Origin: Octopus vulgaris
Lineage: Eukaryota
DNA: 64,000 bases
NCBI GenBank assembly: GCA_951406725.2
Contig: OX597834.1
Coordinates: 7,006,001 to 7,070,000 of the forward strand
Direction of reading: 5' to 3'
In this document: positions 41,052 through 55,200 of the stretch, piece after piece
Numbering within the stretch: position 1 is the first letter of the stretch
Layout: each line of letters begins with the position of its first letter
Made by a program: the position numbers and the translations under genes
Notes under the pieces: generated by a model
What the model was told of the DNA's origin: nothing
Database searches by the model: none
What the model saw: the letters and a program-made list of their open reading frames with translations, nothing else

Positions 41052-42339
41052 ATCATCGTCGTCATAGTAGTAGCAGCATTTGCCAGAGTAGAAACGGTGC
41101 ACAATCTCATCACCAAGTGAGGCTATTATTAATAAAAACAGCCGTTAAATTAGCCGAAGATTATCGAAACTTTCACCTTGTTATATATCACTGCAACTAT
41201 AAAAATTCCGATCAGGTATTTTATTTACTGATTTATTATTCAATATCATCGAAAATGACCCCTCTAGGTCACATCTGATTAATTTCCTCGCATCTCAATT
41301 CTTTCCCTTGTTTAGTTTCTAATTTGGAGAAGGGGTCAGTTTTCGGTTTTGTCTTTGTTTTGGCTTCCATTTTTACTATTTTCAGTTAGTTTTACGAGAT
41401 GTTTTTAATGAGCAATCGTTTTTTTAGTTAATTAATGTTGTTTAGCCCTTTCATTGTGTGTGTTTGTGTTTGTGGGTTTTGTATTTTGATTACTTTATTT
41501 CATGCCGAAGTAAATATCTCCTTTTTTTTTTTTTACAACCATCGAAAAACCGTTCTCAAGTGTAAGTGGTGAGAAGAAGAGAAACAAGAAGGATGAGGAG
41601 GAAAGGGAGAAAGGGAAAAAACAGAAGCGAACTGTGGCAACCAGCCAAACATGCTAAACAAAAGCAAACAAACCTGGCAAACAAACGGAATATCACGTGA
41701 CACTTAATCTGTTAGCTGTTTGCATTTGAAGCTGCAATTACGCGAACGTGTTGAAAAGTCAACAGCAATGACAATAAAACGAAAAAGAAATACAAGAACG
41801 AAAAATACACCCTACCAAAAGGAAACACAGAATAATCATAATTGAAGAGAAGAACGCCCACAAAACACGGCCTGCTCCCGCCACCGTTTTCCTTGTGTTC
41901 TCCATAAATGTTGCTAATTTTCAATCAATTATCTCGGATACCATTTTAGATTAAAGTTTAGATTAAATGTATTTATTAATTTTTTTTTTTTTGCTTCGTT
42001 TTGTAGTTTTCCTTTCTGATATCAATTAACTCACTAGGTTCTCTCCATTTTAAACAAACTGCAATTAAAGAGGAAATCATAACTCAATGCTTTCAGGGTA
42101 GCATTATAACAGGGTGTCACTCAAATATTGTTAGCTGTTAATATCAGTCAATTAATTTTTTTTCATTTACATACTTTATTTTCAAATGAAAAACTGCTCA
42201 TCGATGATATCTGACCTACAGCTTAAACTTCTTCCATTATCTGTGCGTTTCGAGAGACAACAGAAGCGCTTGTACATGGTTTCTCGATTTGCTAGAACTA
42301 CGAGTCAAATTTTACTTATATATTGCCCTACTTCAGAAA

Positions 42340-42513
42340 AGAGTGGCTGTGTGGTAAATAGCTTGCTTACCAACCACATGGTTCTGGGTTCAGTCTCACT
42401 GCGTAGCACCTTGGGCAAAGTGTCTTCTATTATAGCCCCGGGCCGATCAAAGCCTTGTGAGTGGATTTGGTAGACGGAAACTGAAAGAAGCCCATCGTAT
42501 ATATGTATGTATG

Positions 42514-42548
<35 letters not shown>

Positions 42549-42815
42549 GTGTGTGTGTGTGTGTATATACATTTGTGTGTGTGTATATATACATTTGTGT
42601 GTGTGTGTGTGTGTCTGTGTTTGTCCCCCCCAACATTGCCTAACAACCGATGCTGGTGTGTTTATATCCCCGTAACTTAGCGGTTCGGCAAAAGAGACCG
42701 ATAGAATAAGTACTAGGCTTACAACGAATAAGTGCCGGGGTCGATTTGCTCGACTAAAAGGCGGTGCTCCAGCATGGCCGCAGTCAAATGACTGAAACAA
42801 GTAAAAGAGTAAAAG
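42340..42815 (+). mobile_element. SINE family B, full length
   Basis: Near-consensus sequence. Confidence 0.9.
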
Positions 42816-43026
42816 TGTAACAGAAACCTCTACCTGATAAAAATACAAACCGGTTGTGTGTGGGTTGCAAATATTGCTATTAAAACGGTAACAATGACTT
42901 CAAAGTTTTTCCAATGCGGGCTTTTCAGACATTGAAAGATAAAAATTACCGAGAAGGTTTGAAAATGGTTGTTCTTGGATTGGTGTGATTGTAGCAGCAA
43001 TCAAAATATTAGCTGGTCCTTGTATT

Positions 43027-43410
43027 GCTGTTGCTGTTGCTGCTGTTGCTGTTGAGCGAACGGTCTTCGTCCCAGAGCTTGCAAGATGGGAGAAGTCCGA
43101 AACTTGGTCCTTTGCTATTCGTAAGACCAGCAGAAGAGAAAGCAGGTCAACCCCACCCCCGACACTGAGAGCATCGACGGATGGATGAATGCGCATCCAG
43201 GCTCAGTGGTTGCGTAGGAAGTCAGGGAGAAGAAACAGGAAGAAAGAGTGAGAGAAAGTTGGAGCGAAAGAGTACAACAGGGATCGCTACCACCCCCTGC
43301 CGGAGCCTCGTGGAGCTTTAGGTGTTTTCGCTCAATAAACACACAGAACGCCCGGTCTGGGAATCGAATCCGCGAGTCCGCTGCTCTAACCACTGGGCCA
43401 TTGCGTCTCC
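43027..43410 (-). mobile_element. SINE with family C head and a different 3' half ending in (CAA/CAG)n
   Basis: First ~175 nt match 942-1135; the remainder is unrelated to the family C tail. Confidence 0.8.
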
Positions 43411-43528
43411 ACTGCTGTTGCTGTTCATCAATTGCGGTTAGCTGCTGGTTTTGCTACTGTTTTCTGATGTCTCTCGTTTGCCGTATGTTCATTGCTTTTG
43501 TGTTGATTCAGCACTTGGGTCAACTACC

Positions 43529-43760
43529 TATTTCTTTACTACCCACAAGGGGCTAAGCATAGAGGGGACGAACAAGGACAGACATAGGTATTAAGTCGAT
43601 TACATCGACCCCAGTGCGTACCTGAGGCTTAATTTATCGACCCCGAAAGGATGAAAGGCAAAGTCGACCTCGGCGGAATTTGAACTCACAACGTAACGGC
43701 AGACGAAATACCGCTTAGCATTTCGCCCGGCGCGCTAACGATTCTGCCAGCTCGCCGCCT
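43529..43760 (-). mobile_element. SINE family A with 17-bp TSD
   Basis: CACTTGGGTCAACTACC at 43512-43528 and 43762-43778. Confidence 0.93.
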
Positions 43761-44392
43761 TCACTTGGGTCAACTACCGCCCACCGTTTGTTGTCAGTGG
43801 AGTCAGCTTCACTGAATATGCAGTGGTGGGGTTGGCTCAGAAAAAAACGCGCCAAAAACTAAATTGTTGTTGAAGCCGTATCCACGCGATATTTTCACTG
43901 ATTAGATTTTTTTTATGTCGCAGGTAATATTCTAGCGGATTGCGACATGGGATATAGTGATATCATTGCTAAATGTTTCTGACACACATACACAATGATA
44001 CATACGCACTCACACACACACACACACACACACTTTCTCTCTCTCTCTCACACACACACTCACACACACACACACGGACACACACACACGGACACACACA
44101 CACTTTCTCTCTCTCTCTTTCTCTCTCTCTCTCTCACACACACTCTCACACACACACGGGGACACCCACATACACATAAGTGTGAGTGTGCTTCTGTTTG
44201 TCCACCACCACTGCTTAACAATCAGTGAGACTTGTCAAATTAAAACCGGGGTTGATTTCTTTGACTAAAATCTTTCAAGGCAGTACTCCAGCTTGGCCGC
44301 AGTTCAAACACTCAAACATGTAAAAAATAACGAAGGAAAAAGGATATATTTGAACGTATAACGGAATATCTGCTACATGTGGTAATCTGTCA

Positions 44393-44870
44393 CTTACATG
44401 TTTCAGTGATTGTGCTGCGGTCATGCTGGAGCATCGTCTTGAATGGGTTTTTCAAACAAATTGACCACAATACTCATTTTTCTTACGCTTGGTACTTATT
44501 CTATCGGTCTCTTTTGCTACTGTGAGTGAATTTGATAAACAAAACCTCAAAGAAGCCTGTCGTATGCTTATATATGTGTGCGTGTGTGTGTGTCTGTGTT
44601 TGTCCCCCCCCCCCCCACCTTTTGACAACCGGTGCTGTTGTGTTTACTTCCCCGTAATCTAGTAGTTCAGCAAAAGCTACCGATCGAATAAGTACCCAGT
44701 TTTTTAAAAATAAGTCCTGGGATCGAAACATTCGATTAAAAATTCTTCAAAGCAGTGCTCCAGCATGGTCGAAGTCTAGTGACTGAAGCAAGTGCCCCAG
44801 CATGGTTACAGCCTAGTGACTGAAGCAAGTGCCCCAGCATGGTCGCAGCCTAGTGACTGAAGCAAGTAAA
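44393..44870. mobile_element. Inverted SINE B pieces; 3' end triplicated (~34-bp unit, 44760-44870)
   Basis: CCAGCATGG...TAGTGACTGAAGCAAGT occurs three times. Confidence 0.75.
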
Positions 44871-45703
44871 ATATAAAAGGCAAAAGATTATAAAGTTTGC
44901 CATTTCAAAAAAAATTACAGCGTTTTATATTATAAAATATATTTAAGTAAAAATGCTTATAGGAAAATTAAGAGTACAACAAATCTATGTAGTTGAAAAT
45001 TTCACCATACTTAAGAGATTTTTGTTCTATTTCCGAAATTTTAAAATCACAGTGCCGTATCGTTTGTGAATTTAAAATAATATAGACCAAGGGTGATAAA
45101 TATTGTAAAAAAAAATTCGTAGATTTTCTTATTATATTTAGATTTGAACAAAACACGAAATAAAAAAAATTGCTAATAGGATTTAAAATACTTGAAATCT
45201 AAGGATTAACAGAAGCTAACAAAAAATACGTTCAAAACACTCTCCTGAAGAAGTTAGGAAGATAAAACACTCTTGGAAGAAGTTAGGAAGATAAAAATTT
45301 TAATGTTTTAAAATATGGCTATTTTTAATAAAAAGAAAATCAGTCAGATTAAAATCTCTACAGAATTTTAAATAAACTTCAAAACAATTATAAAAGATAT
45401 ACATTAACAAAATGATCAGAAGAGTGTTCAGAGTTTTCCAGGCTTGTCTAATAAAAGTAAACAAACACACATAAACACACACACACACCTATATATATGA
45501 ATGAATGGAAAAAGCGAATGTGGCACACAATACATTTAGTAAGAGTTATATGAATTATTGTATAAGTTTGATTTGGCTATACATGGCGACTTGGTTCTCC
45601 AGGCCTCACGAACTGGGTTCATTTTACAAGGATACAAAACCTGAATTTACACGAAGGCAAATCAAACAACTATTAAAGTTATATATATATATATACACAC
45701 ACA

Positions 45704-45746
<43 letters not shown>

Positions 45747-46428
45747 TATGGGACACCACAAATAGACGTAGAACTCAACGAGAAACGAAAACATAAAAAC
45801 AAACAAGGAAACGGACTTTTTTAACAACGAAAAAACAGAGTACAAGGCAAACAATACAAGGAATATTCCCCTTCATCAGCTGTCCCTGGTTCGACTCCAT
45901 GCGTATTTCGAAGGTAAAGACAGAACACGACCCGTCGAACTAGTCGTTCCTGCAAAAGAATTAAATAAAATTCCTTTGCAGAGGGGTAAAAAAAAGGAAA
46001 GAAAAAATGTGACAAGAACAGGACGTGAAAGCAATACAAATAAAAATACAAATAAAAATACAAATACAAATACAAAAAAATACAGTACACATAAAGAATA
46101 AAAACAGGACAAGGAAACCAACATTGAGGGCCTTTTTTTAAGCCTAGACGATAGAAAAATTCAGAGCGCAAGAAAAAAGTCGTGTTGACTTGTAGAAGGC
46201 TGCGGGTGAAAGGAAGTTGGTCGACTCGGCAGTGAGAGAGATGAGGAGGAGTGTGAGAGAGAAAGGAAAGAAAACCAGAAAGGGTGAAAAATAAGTAGAG
46301 AAACGGGCAAAGAGGAAGACAGACAGGAAGGAAGGAAAGGTCAAGCAAAGGGTTACAGAGTTTCGCGTCATAATTATATATAAAAGGTACGTACATATAT
46401 GTATGTATGTATGCATATATTTTATTTA

Positions 46429-46493
<65 letters not shown>

Positions 46494-47112
46494 ATACATA
46501 CAAATATTTTATAATTATAAACATAATTATTTTACGTAGACAAAAAGAAAATTAATGAATCCACACGACTACGTTTAGCCACATACGCGTTTCGAGATTA
46601 AAGTATGTTGGAGCGAAAACAGCTGTACCTAGTGTCATAGCTACATGGGCAAGAGAACAAGACGTGTGCAATGGTATCCACTGAATGAACTCTTAACATT
46701 CCTGCTGTAGGGACTCTCTGAAGCAATCATCATTGGCATCATCATTGCCTTAATATCCCTTCTCCATGCTCACCCACCTCATTCCATTCCACATCAGTGA
46801 AGATGGACTAACGTATTATTAGCCACATCCTAATTCACCCTGATACAGGTTCATACATATGTATGTATATCTGTGTGTTACATACACTTAGTCAATTTGT
46901 CAACTGGAGATAATTCTTTCAGGAGCTTCTGATAGTATCATTTCCTAAAGCTGTCCATTCTTCTTGGAGGGATTAAACAAGCCAGTGGACCGCTGAATCA
47001 AGTGTACCGAAAAGGAAGGAGACACTAAAGAAAAAGGACATACTTGTTCCTCCTGCTTTTGTGTAAAATACATTGAAAAAACAAGAGTGCATAAAATTTT
47101 TGACTATCCCTC

Positions 47113-47152
<40 letters not shown>

Positions 47153-47392
47153 TTACTTTCATATGTAATATATAACTCCATTTGAACATGTATACTATAT
47201 ATATATACATATATATATATATATACTGAGACATCCGGTTTCAACTGTTTGAAGGCGCATTACAATAACATATATTTATGTATGTGTGCATATATGTATA
47301 CACATATACGTCTTAGTATATATATATATATATATATATTGATATATAGCACCGCCTTTATATGTAATATATAACTCCGATTTGAACATGTA

Positions 47393-47454
<62 letters not shown>

Positions 47455-49087
47455 TAAGACGTATATGTGTGTACATATGTGCAAACATACATAAATGTAT
47501 GTTATTGAAACCTGCGCCTTTACAGCTGAAACCGGATGTCTCATTCCCTATCCTACAATTATATAAAATACAGCATGAAACTTTTGTACGATAACCATAC
47601 ATTACAACTGAAATATACTTGGCCTAAGAATTGTAATCATAGTGAAACGATGTGATTAAAATATACGAATATGATACTTAGACTCTCAGAGAAAAGAATT
47701 AATTTTAGCTGAGAATATAAAAAGCAAAATAACATATTCAACTTTTACTGAAATTCCAGTGAAACCATTTTATGCAAAAATTATTGATTCCACGATACAT
47801 TGTTGCTAAGAAACTTAGATCTTAACATCTATATACGGCTGTTCTCTTTTTGCAGATCAGTCTCATGCATTAATGCATGTAACGAAGGGCTTCGTAATAG
47901 TAATTGTAGTGATAAATTACATTCACTGTGCTAATGCTATGTAGTGCCAAATGTAATCAAAGAACAGTTTATGGTGTAACCCAGTATGTGATTTAAATTT
48001 GAGGATCGATACTTTTGAAAGTTCTTAGATATAAACACATGCTCAATTGCAATTAATTTCCAGATATCATGAGATTGTTTTTAAAAACATGATAGGATTA
48101 AGATCAATGATTACTGTTGTGCAACCTTTGCCCCGTTCAGACTTTTCGAACGATAGTATCACGAAAGGCAAATTAACTGCTATTTTCTTCCCAGGAATAA
48201 TATCGCTTGTGGACGTACTGTGGTTAAAAACACAACACTATACCAGTGGCAGGCGAAAATCGCACAGGACCGTTGATGAGGATACTAGATATATGATTCT
48301 GCTTTGTTGAGCTTTGTCAGTGTCGTATCAGCTGCTAGTTGTATGCTAAGACAAAATCCACCGTTAATGATATAGGAAAACAGTGGGTACATACTACTGA
48401 CAAAGCAGAAGTGTATATTATGTATTGTCACTAACACAACTGAGTGTTTTTCGTTAGCTACTTCTTTTTTTTTATTTTAGACATGGTGCAGCCATAAGAG
48501 ATGTTATCCCTCCAAAACTACCGCAGTTAATTTGCTTTTCGCCTTATATCTACTTTAAGTATGATATACAGATGATTATTCTAAGTTAACTCTTTCCAAA
48601 GTTTTACTATATTGTACAATAATAGTAACCTAAGAATTATCTCTGATCCACGAAGAATTGTTTTAAAATTTGTTTTATGAACATATATATTTGTTTGCTT
48701 TGATGCCTGTTTTTCAAACATAATTCGTTCGGAGATAAACCGAAACTTAACTCATGTTAAAAAAGCATTAACATAAAATTTACCTCTAAAACCTGCGCTA
48801 TAAGAAGATATCATTGATACTATTTCGCGATAACAGATTCAATGGCTGCAGTGAAATAGTAGTTTTTTTTTCTATTGGTAAATTTCGTAGATTTTACTTC
48901 GCAAAAATGTGTCTTGAAATAGCTGATATAAGCAACAAAATTCACCAAATCTGGCATAAAACAGTTTTACAAGCATTCAAAGTATATAAAAGGAACATGC
49001 GTTATTTTTCTTGCACTATTATATTTTGTACACGTACAAATATCAGCATAAAAAGAATTTTCGTTTATATATAAATATACATATGTA

Positions 49088-49120
<33 letters not shown>

Positions 49121-49399
49121 CATTTGTGCGTATGTGTGTGTGCTTGTGTGTGTGTGTGCATGTGTGTGTTGTGTTTGTATGTCTTACATATTACTTTGTA
49201 TACTGTATTTTTATTACTACTTCTGTAACTGTCATCAAATTCTCACACAAAATTTACTATGTTATACGGTAACTTTTTTTCTTATGTCAGCAAAATGGAA
49301 TCTCTACGCTGGTAGAGGAAAAAAATACTGTATGCTCATAAATCCGGCTGAGAGAAATTCGAAGTAAATTTTCATTTGGGAGGCTGTATAGTTTACTCT

Positions 49400-49796
49400 C
49401 TCTTTTACTCTTTTACTTGTTTCAGTCATTTGAGTGCAGCCATGCTGGAGCACCACCTTCAATCGAGCAACTCGACCCCGGGACTTATTCTTTGTAAGCC
49501 CAGTACTTATTCTATCGGTCTCTTTTGCCGAACCGCTAAGTGACGAGGACATAAACACACCAGCATCGATTGTCAAGCAATGCTAGGGGGACAAACACAG
49601 ACACACAAACACAGACACGCATATATATACATATACGGGCTTCTTTCAGTTTCCGTCTACCAAATCCACTCACAAGGCTTTGGTCGGCCCGAGGCTATAG
49701 TAGAAGACACTTGCCGAAGGTGCCACGCAGTGGGACTGAACCCGGAACCATGTGGTTGGTAAGCAAGCTACTTACCACACAGCCGCTCTTGCGCCT
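49400..49796 (-). mobile_element. SINE family B, full length
   Basis: Near-consensus sequence. Confidence 0.92.
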
Positions 49797-50193
49797 ATGA
49801 ATTATCATTTTAATGATAATCAGTTTAATGAATTATCATTCACTCTTGAACATTGAATACCCTCTTTTAGTCTCTTTATGTTCTGTTTTGTACACATACA
49901 CACGCGCGCGCGCATATGTGTGAAGGCTCGTGGCTTAGTGGTTCGACTCTTGCACTCACGATGGCTAGATCGGCGGTTCAATTCCCCGAGTGCGGGGTGC
50001 ATTGTGTTCTTGAGTAAAACACATCATTTCTCTCGTTTCTCCAGTCCCCCCTTTTGATCAGGGAGGAATGTTGGCCTGCTTGCCTAGCCATTGGGGTGGC
50101 GTTATTTGAAAGGTAAGACAATGCAAAAATGCATTGTGATCAGTGATGTGAAACAATATCGAATAGACTGGTCGGTCAAATGAGCACGTGATT

Positions 50194-50348
<155 letters not shown>

Positions 50349-50349
50349 C

Positions 50350-50419
<70 letters not shown>

Positions 50420-51699
50420 TCGAGTCCGTGTGTATCATGTCAGATTGAAGATGGGAAGGATGGCTTCCCTTTGCAAATACTGATAGGATACAGAAAGTGT
50501 GTCAATAGCCAGCTGGAGGAGGTGTCCTCCTGGGGCTACAAGCTACAGTAGCACCCACCCTTAAGGGTTATTTTTGGCTTTATTTCTAGTGGGTGAATGG
50601 CCTATTATGGCCGTTCCTTTATTGTTGATGTTGAACTTGAAAATGGTCTTTGACTATTTTAATTTTTTCCTACTAGGCCGCTGGTGGCAAGAGAATTCTA
50701 CAAAATTTTTTTTGCCACCCTATATTGATTAATTATATATATATATATATATACTCGAGTCCGTGTGTATCATGTCAGATTGAAGATGGGAAGGATGGCT
50801 TCCCTTTGCAAATACTGATAGGATACAGAAAGTGTGTCAATAGCCAGCTGGAGGAGGTGTCCTGGGGCTACAAGCTACAGTAGCACCCACCCTTAAGGGT
50901 TAGCCATATTTAAGTGGCAAATATACTTCACGTTGTCGTGCGGCTACTGTTTATACCTCGCTCAGAGATTTACTATATATATATATATGTATATATATAT
51001 AGCTCAAATATCATAACAATTTTGCTCACAATAAGACATTTGCATAGCATGTAGACAAAGTATATGTTTAAGAATCTTTGCGATCATAACGCCTCCTGTG
51101 AGATCCCACTGCGTCACATCTTGAGATAGTGACTTCTCTGAGAGCCGTGGAATGTTCAAAGCGTTGTGAATGAAACTTGGTGAGTGGATAATGTCCGTAG
51201 ATGGGCTGCAGTTGTATTTCTGTGGTCCAGTATTTCATACACAATTTCGAAGATAATGGGAGTGGTATACTTTCTATTGAATAACCAACCATTTTCACGT
51301 TAATTCAAATTGCAAACAACTCAGGTTGCTGTCCTTTAGACACGCATGTTGAATCTAAAGTTTCAAATCTCTGCAAATTATTGAACGTGTTCGGTGACGC
51401 AAAATATTATGCTCTCCTTGCTTAGTGCGGCTTGAAAAATTCTGCAGTTGAAGCCGAAATTCTTCGAGTACTTATGAAATATTCCCAAGAAACACTCTAA
51501 AATATCCGCTTCAGTTCTTCACGAAACTTCATTTAAGTGGAGGCTAAATACAAATTTTTTGACGCTAACTTTTGAGATATCTGCATCCCTTTTTATTTTT
51601 ATTTTTATTAAATTTAACAAGGACACTTTTCCAGTTTTTCTGTTAAGATATCGATGTAGTTTATACGTTCTTGAGTTCGATCAAACTTATAATTTCTTT

Positions 51700-52010
51700 C
51701 ATTTCCTCTGAAATAGTAAAAGTTAGAAATACAGTCATATATTTTTGTATTCGATTCTATAAATGTTGTGAAATAGAAGCTGCCGATGGTATCTCATTTT
51801 CTAATGCTACTAACGTGACAAAAGTGAAAAGTCTGACCATTGTTGCATTAATTTTTCAATCGCTTATTGAAGTGATAACCATCAAGTATTACAATTACTT
51901 TAAGTGTCCTTTTAGGACCACTCTTTGTAAATTCTTGAAATCCTGCATTTCAGAATGTCTTTTGGTGCTGTTGGCTAATATATATAGCGAACTGTAATAA
52001 TCATTTCTAA
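51700..52010 (-). pseudogene. Possible highly degraded hAT-type transposase remnant
   Basis: Minus-strand fragments NSTKRHSEMQDF, CNT*WLS (TRWLS-like) and IEKLMQQW occur in the expected order but in different frames. Confidence 0.4.
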
Positions 52011-52554
52011 AGAAGTTGAAAGCTCAGAATATTTTATAGGCTGCACATTGAAATTTGTTTCTTCATCACTTCCAGAAAAACGAACATTTTTTAATGAAAT
52101 TTTCTACAAATACCTTTCAGCGTGTCTAGATTAAGATTATATCGGAATTTAATGTTAAAAGAAAAAGTGGTGAGCAAACACAGGTACACATTGACACACA
52201 TCACAATTTATCTTCGAAATTTCAATTCCATTTTGTAGATGTATCTGATTTTTGTCAGTGTGCTTGCGTGTAAGTCCACCAGTTGAATTTTCATGTTAAA
52301 TTAAAATATGAACGTAATCTACACACCCTGAAATGTTTCTGTAGAAAATATCATTAAAAAATAACCACATACCTGATTTTTGAAGAAACAAAACAGACGT
52401 GCTTTGAAATTTGCGAAATTCCTCTCCCCGCCCTTGGAAAATATTTTTCGAAGAAAATTCCGATATAATCGGAATCTATACCCTCTGAACTGTATTTTCA
52501 GGAAATTTCATTAAGGAAATATTCATTTTTCTGGAAAGATATTTTAGTAATTTT

Positions 52555-52599
<45 letters not shown>

Positions 52600-53237
52600 T
52601 CAAATGAGATGTCAGTGTTATTTTCATTTTTACGTGATTTACACACACACACGCACGCGCACACACACACGCACGCACACACACACACACTCGCATATAG
52701 TTGAAATTTATAGAAAAACGAAAGACGAGGACAGGTGTTTAAACAAGCAGGTGTCTTTTGCGTTTCAAGCCTACGCTCTTCAACAAAAACTAATAAGAGA
52801 GTGTTTGTGTGTGTACTTGTGTGTGTGCGTGCGTGCGTGCGTGTGCGTGTGCGTGTGTGTGTGTGTGTGTGCGCGCGCGCGCGCGTGTGTGTGTATGTGT
52901 GTGTGTGTGTGTGCGACAACAAGGGTGAGGGGAGTGTGTGTGTGACCGTGCACAACTGAAAGCAAAAATTTTTTATAGCGAAAGAGGTAAAACGGAATTA
53001 AAAGTTATTGAGCATAAAGAAACGAAAAAGTGGAATTCTGAAATTAGAAATAGTGTTAAGTTCTGTTTGTGTTTTATTGGCAAAGAGTACAGGTAAAATA
53101 ATTTTAAAATGTAAAATGAAATTTGTAATTAGCCAGCAAAGAAAGAACTTGGCTCTTTCAAAACAGAATCTTGCAATCTCATAGACGTAGTAAGATTCGT
53201 AGTAAAGGTGTACAACTATTGAAAAAGAAAAGACTTT

Positions 53238-53648
53238 GGATCTTTTCGGTTTGAACAGCAGATTTTAGCAGAATTTCTAGGTAACTAAAAATTTTAAACT
53301 TCGTATACTGGTAGAATGTGTTTATAAAACATCTTTTTCTCTTGGCTTTATTGAGAAAATTCTATAGTTTCTAAGATATTTGTTTTTTTCTTCAATTTCT
53401 GCAATTTCAACCAATCACTAACGTCTATTGGAGGTGAAAACATTCTGTGCCGTATGAATATGTCCCTCATTTAAGAAACAGATTGGGTATATTTACATTT
53501 GTGAAGAAAAAAAGATACCCTTCCCCCACCCCTAACCCTAACCCTAAAACAGATTGAAATGCAATAGATCGATACTAGGGTCATAATTATGGGAGACAAT
53601 TTCATATGACACCGCTAGAAAAAACTGCCGTTCAAACCGAAAATATCC
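53238..53648 (+). mobile_element. ~410-bp MITE with GG termini, 8-bp TSD and internal (CCCTAA)3
   Basis: TIR GGATCTTTTCGGTTTGAAC.GCAG; flanks AAGACTTT / AAGACCTT. Confidence 0.85.
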
Positions 53649-53891
53649 AAGACCTTTACTCTCCGATAACATTACCTGTAATCTATAAAGTATATTACAT
53701 CAATTGACACGAGTCTATTAAACTAGATGCTACATCTAGAACCTAGTGTAGGTATCATAAAAGAATATTTCGCCTAATGCGTTGTAATTATCACTAATAA
53801 AGTCGACAAGATAAACAACTCTAAAAATTAAATTCTAAATATTTAGCAAATATTACAAGCAGAATAAGACATTTATATCTTTTCCTTTATA

Positions 53892-54309
53892 AGATCTTTT
53901 CGGTTTGAACGGCAGTTTTTTCTAGCGGTGTCATAAGAAATTGTCACTCATAATTATGACCCTAGTATCGATCTATTGCATTTCAATCTGTTTTAGGGTT
54001 AGGGTTAGGGTTAGAGGTATGGGGAAGGGTATCTTTTTTTCTTCACAAATGTAAATAAACCCAATCTGTTTCTTAAACGAGGGACATATTCATACGGCAC
54101 AGAATGTTTTCACTTCCAGTCGACGTCAGTGATTGGTTGAAATTGCAGACGTTGAAGAAAAAACAACTATCTTACAAACTATAAAATTTTCTCAATAAAG
54201 CCAAGAGAAAAAAATGTTTTATAAACACATTCTACCAGTATACGAAGTTTAAAAATTTTTAGTTACCTAGAAATTATATTAAAAACTGCCGTTCAAACCG
54301 AAATGATCC
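53892..54309 (-). mobile_element. Second copy of the same MITE, inverted
   Basis: Reverse complement of 53238-53648; perfect TSD CCTTTATA at 53884-53891 and 54310-54317. Confidence 0.88.
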
Positions 54310-55200
54310 CCTTTATAGAACATAGAATGATTTATTAGTATTATCAAACAAGTATACTTCAACTTTATTTGTTTCGATAGTTTTGATTTTCATGCCTCAT
54401 AACTAAACGTTTTGCTCTCAAGCCTGTGGCCAATGTCTACACAATTTATCTCTCTGTAAAGTAATAGGCAAGTAAGTATGCAAAGGCAACTTTTGTGTGT
54501 TAAAAACATACGAAGATGGACGTACAATGTGGCTTTTTTAAAAGTCTTACATACAATTGAATGAAAAAGTATCGGAAGTAATATCTTAGACTGCATAAAA
54601 CATTTCCCATAATATTAGGTCATCTTTGCAGAGGTTATAGAGATAGTAGCCTCTTGGAATCATGCAACAAGAAAGATGAATTAGATATGTAACAAAATCG
54701 CATAAATATGTTGGTTCGAGATTAAGAATTATAGCTGAAGCTAATCTAAGTACTTAGACACAAACTCTGCACTTATAACGCAACACAAAATTAGTTTCAA
54801 TAAATAAGAATTTCAGTCAGCCGCACCAATATTCTAAGAAATTTCATTTCTGAATATTAATAAACCTATCTTTATATTATCATTAGCGAAGCCACATTAA
54901 TTAGCGCCTCGTATATATCATAACGATGCTCTTTGCAATATTGGATTTTCCGATAAAATTTAATGTTCAAAATATAAGAATAAAAAAGAAATAATCGTAG
55001 TATAATCCGAATTTTAGATGTATGCCTGAACAAATATTGATAAAGAAATTCTAAAATTAATTTCTTTTCACTTTTTAACCGAAAACATAGAAAGATATCA
55101 AAAACTCAGTAAAAGTTAACTATTTTGTTTGTTCAAAGATTTAACCATTGCAATTCAGGAAGGGTCGCCAACATCAATATATCTTTTTCTCCCTCACAAG

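Noticed and set aside
45860-45915. Hammerhead candidate on the minus strand (CTGATGAAGGGG)
   Set aside because: No GAAA follows stem II, and the upstream GAAA gives no consistent stems.
47820-48530. Possible host exons after polypyrimidine-AG sites
   Set aside because: No clear donor sites or recognisable protein; cannot be supported without transcript data.
53529-53547. Telomere or chromosome-fusion signature (CCCTAA and TTAGGG facing each other)
   Set aside because: There are only about three units in each case and both lie inside MITE copies.
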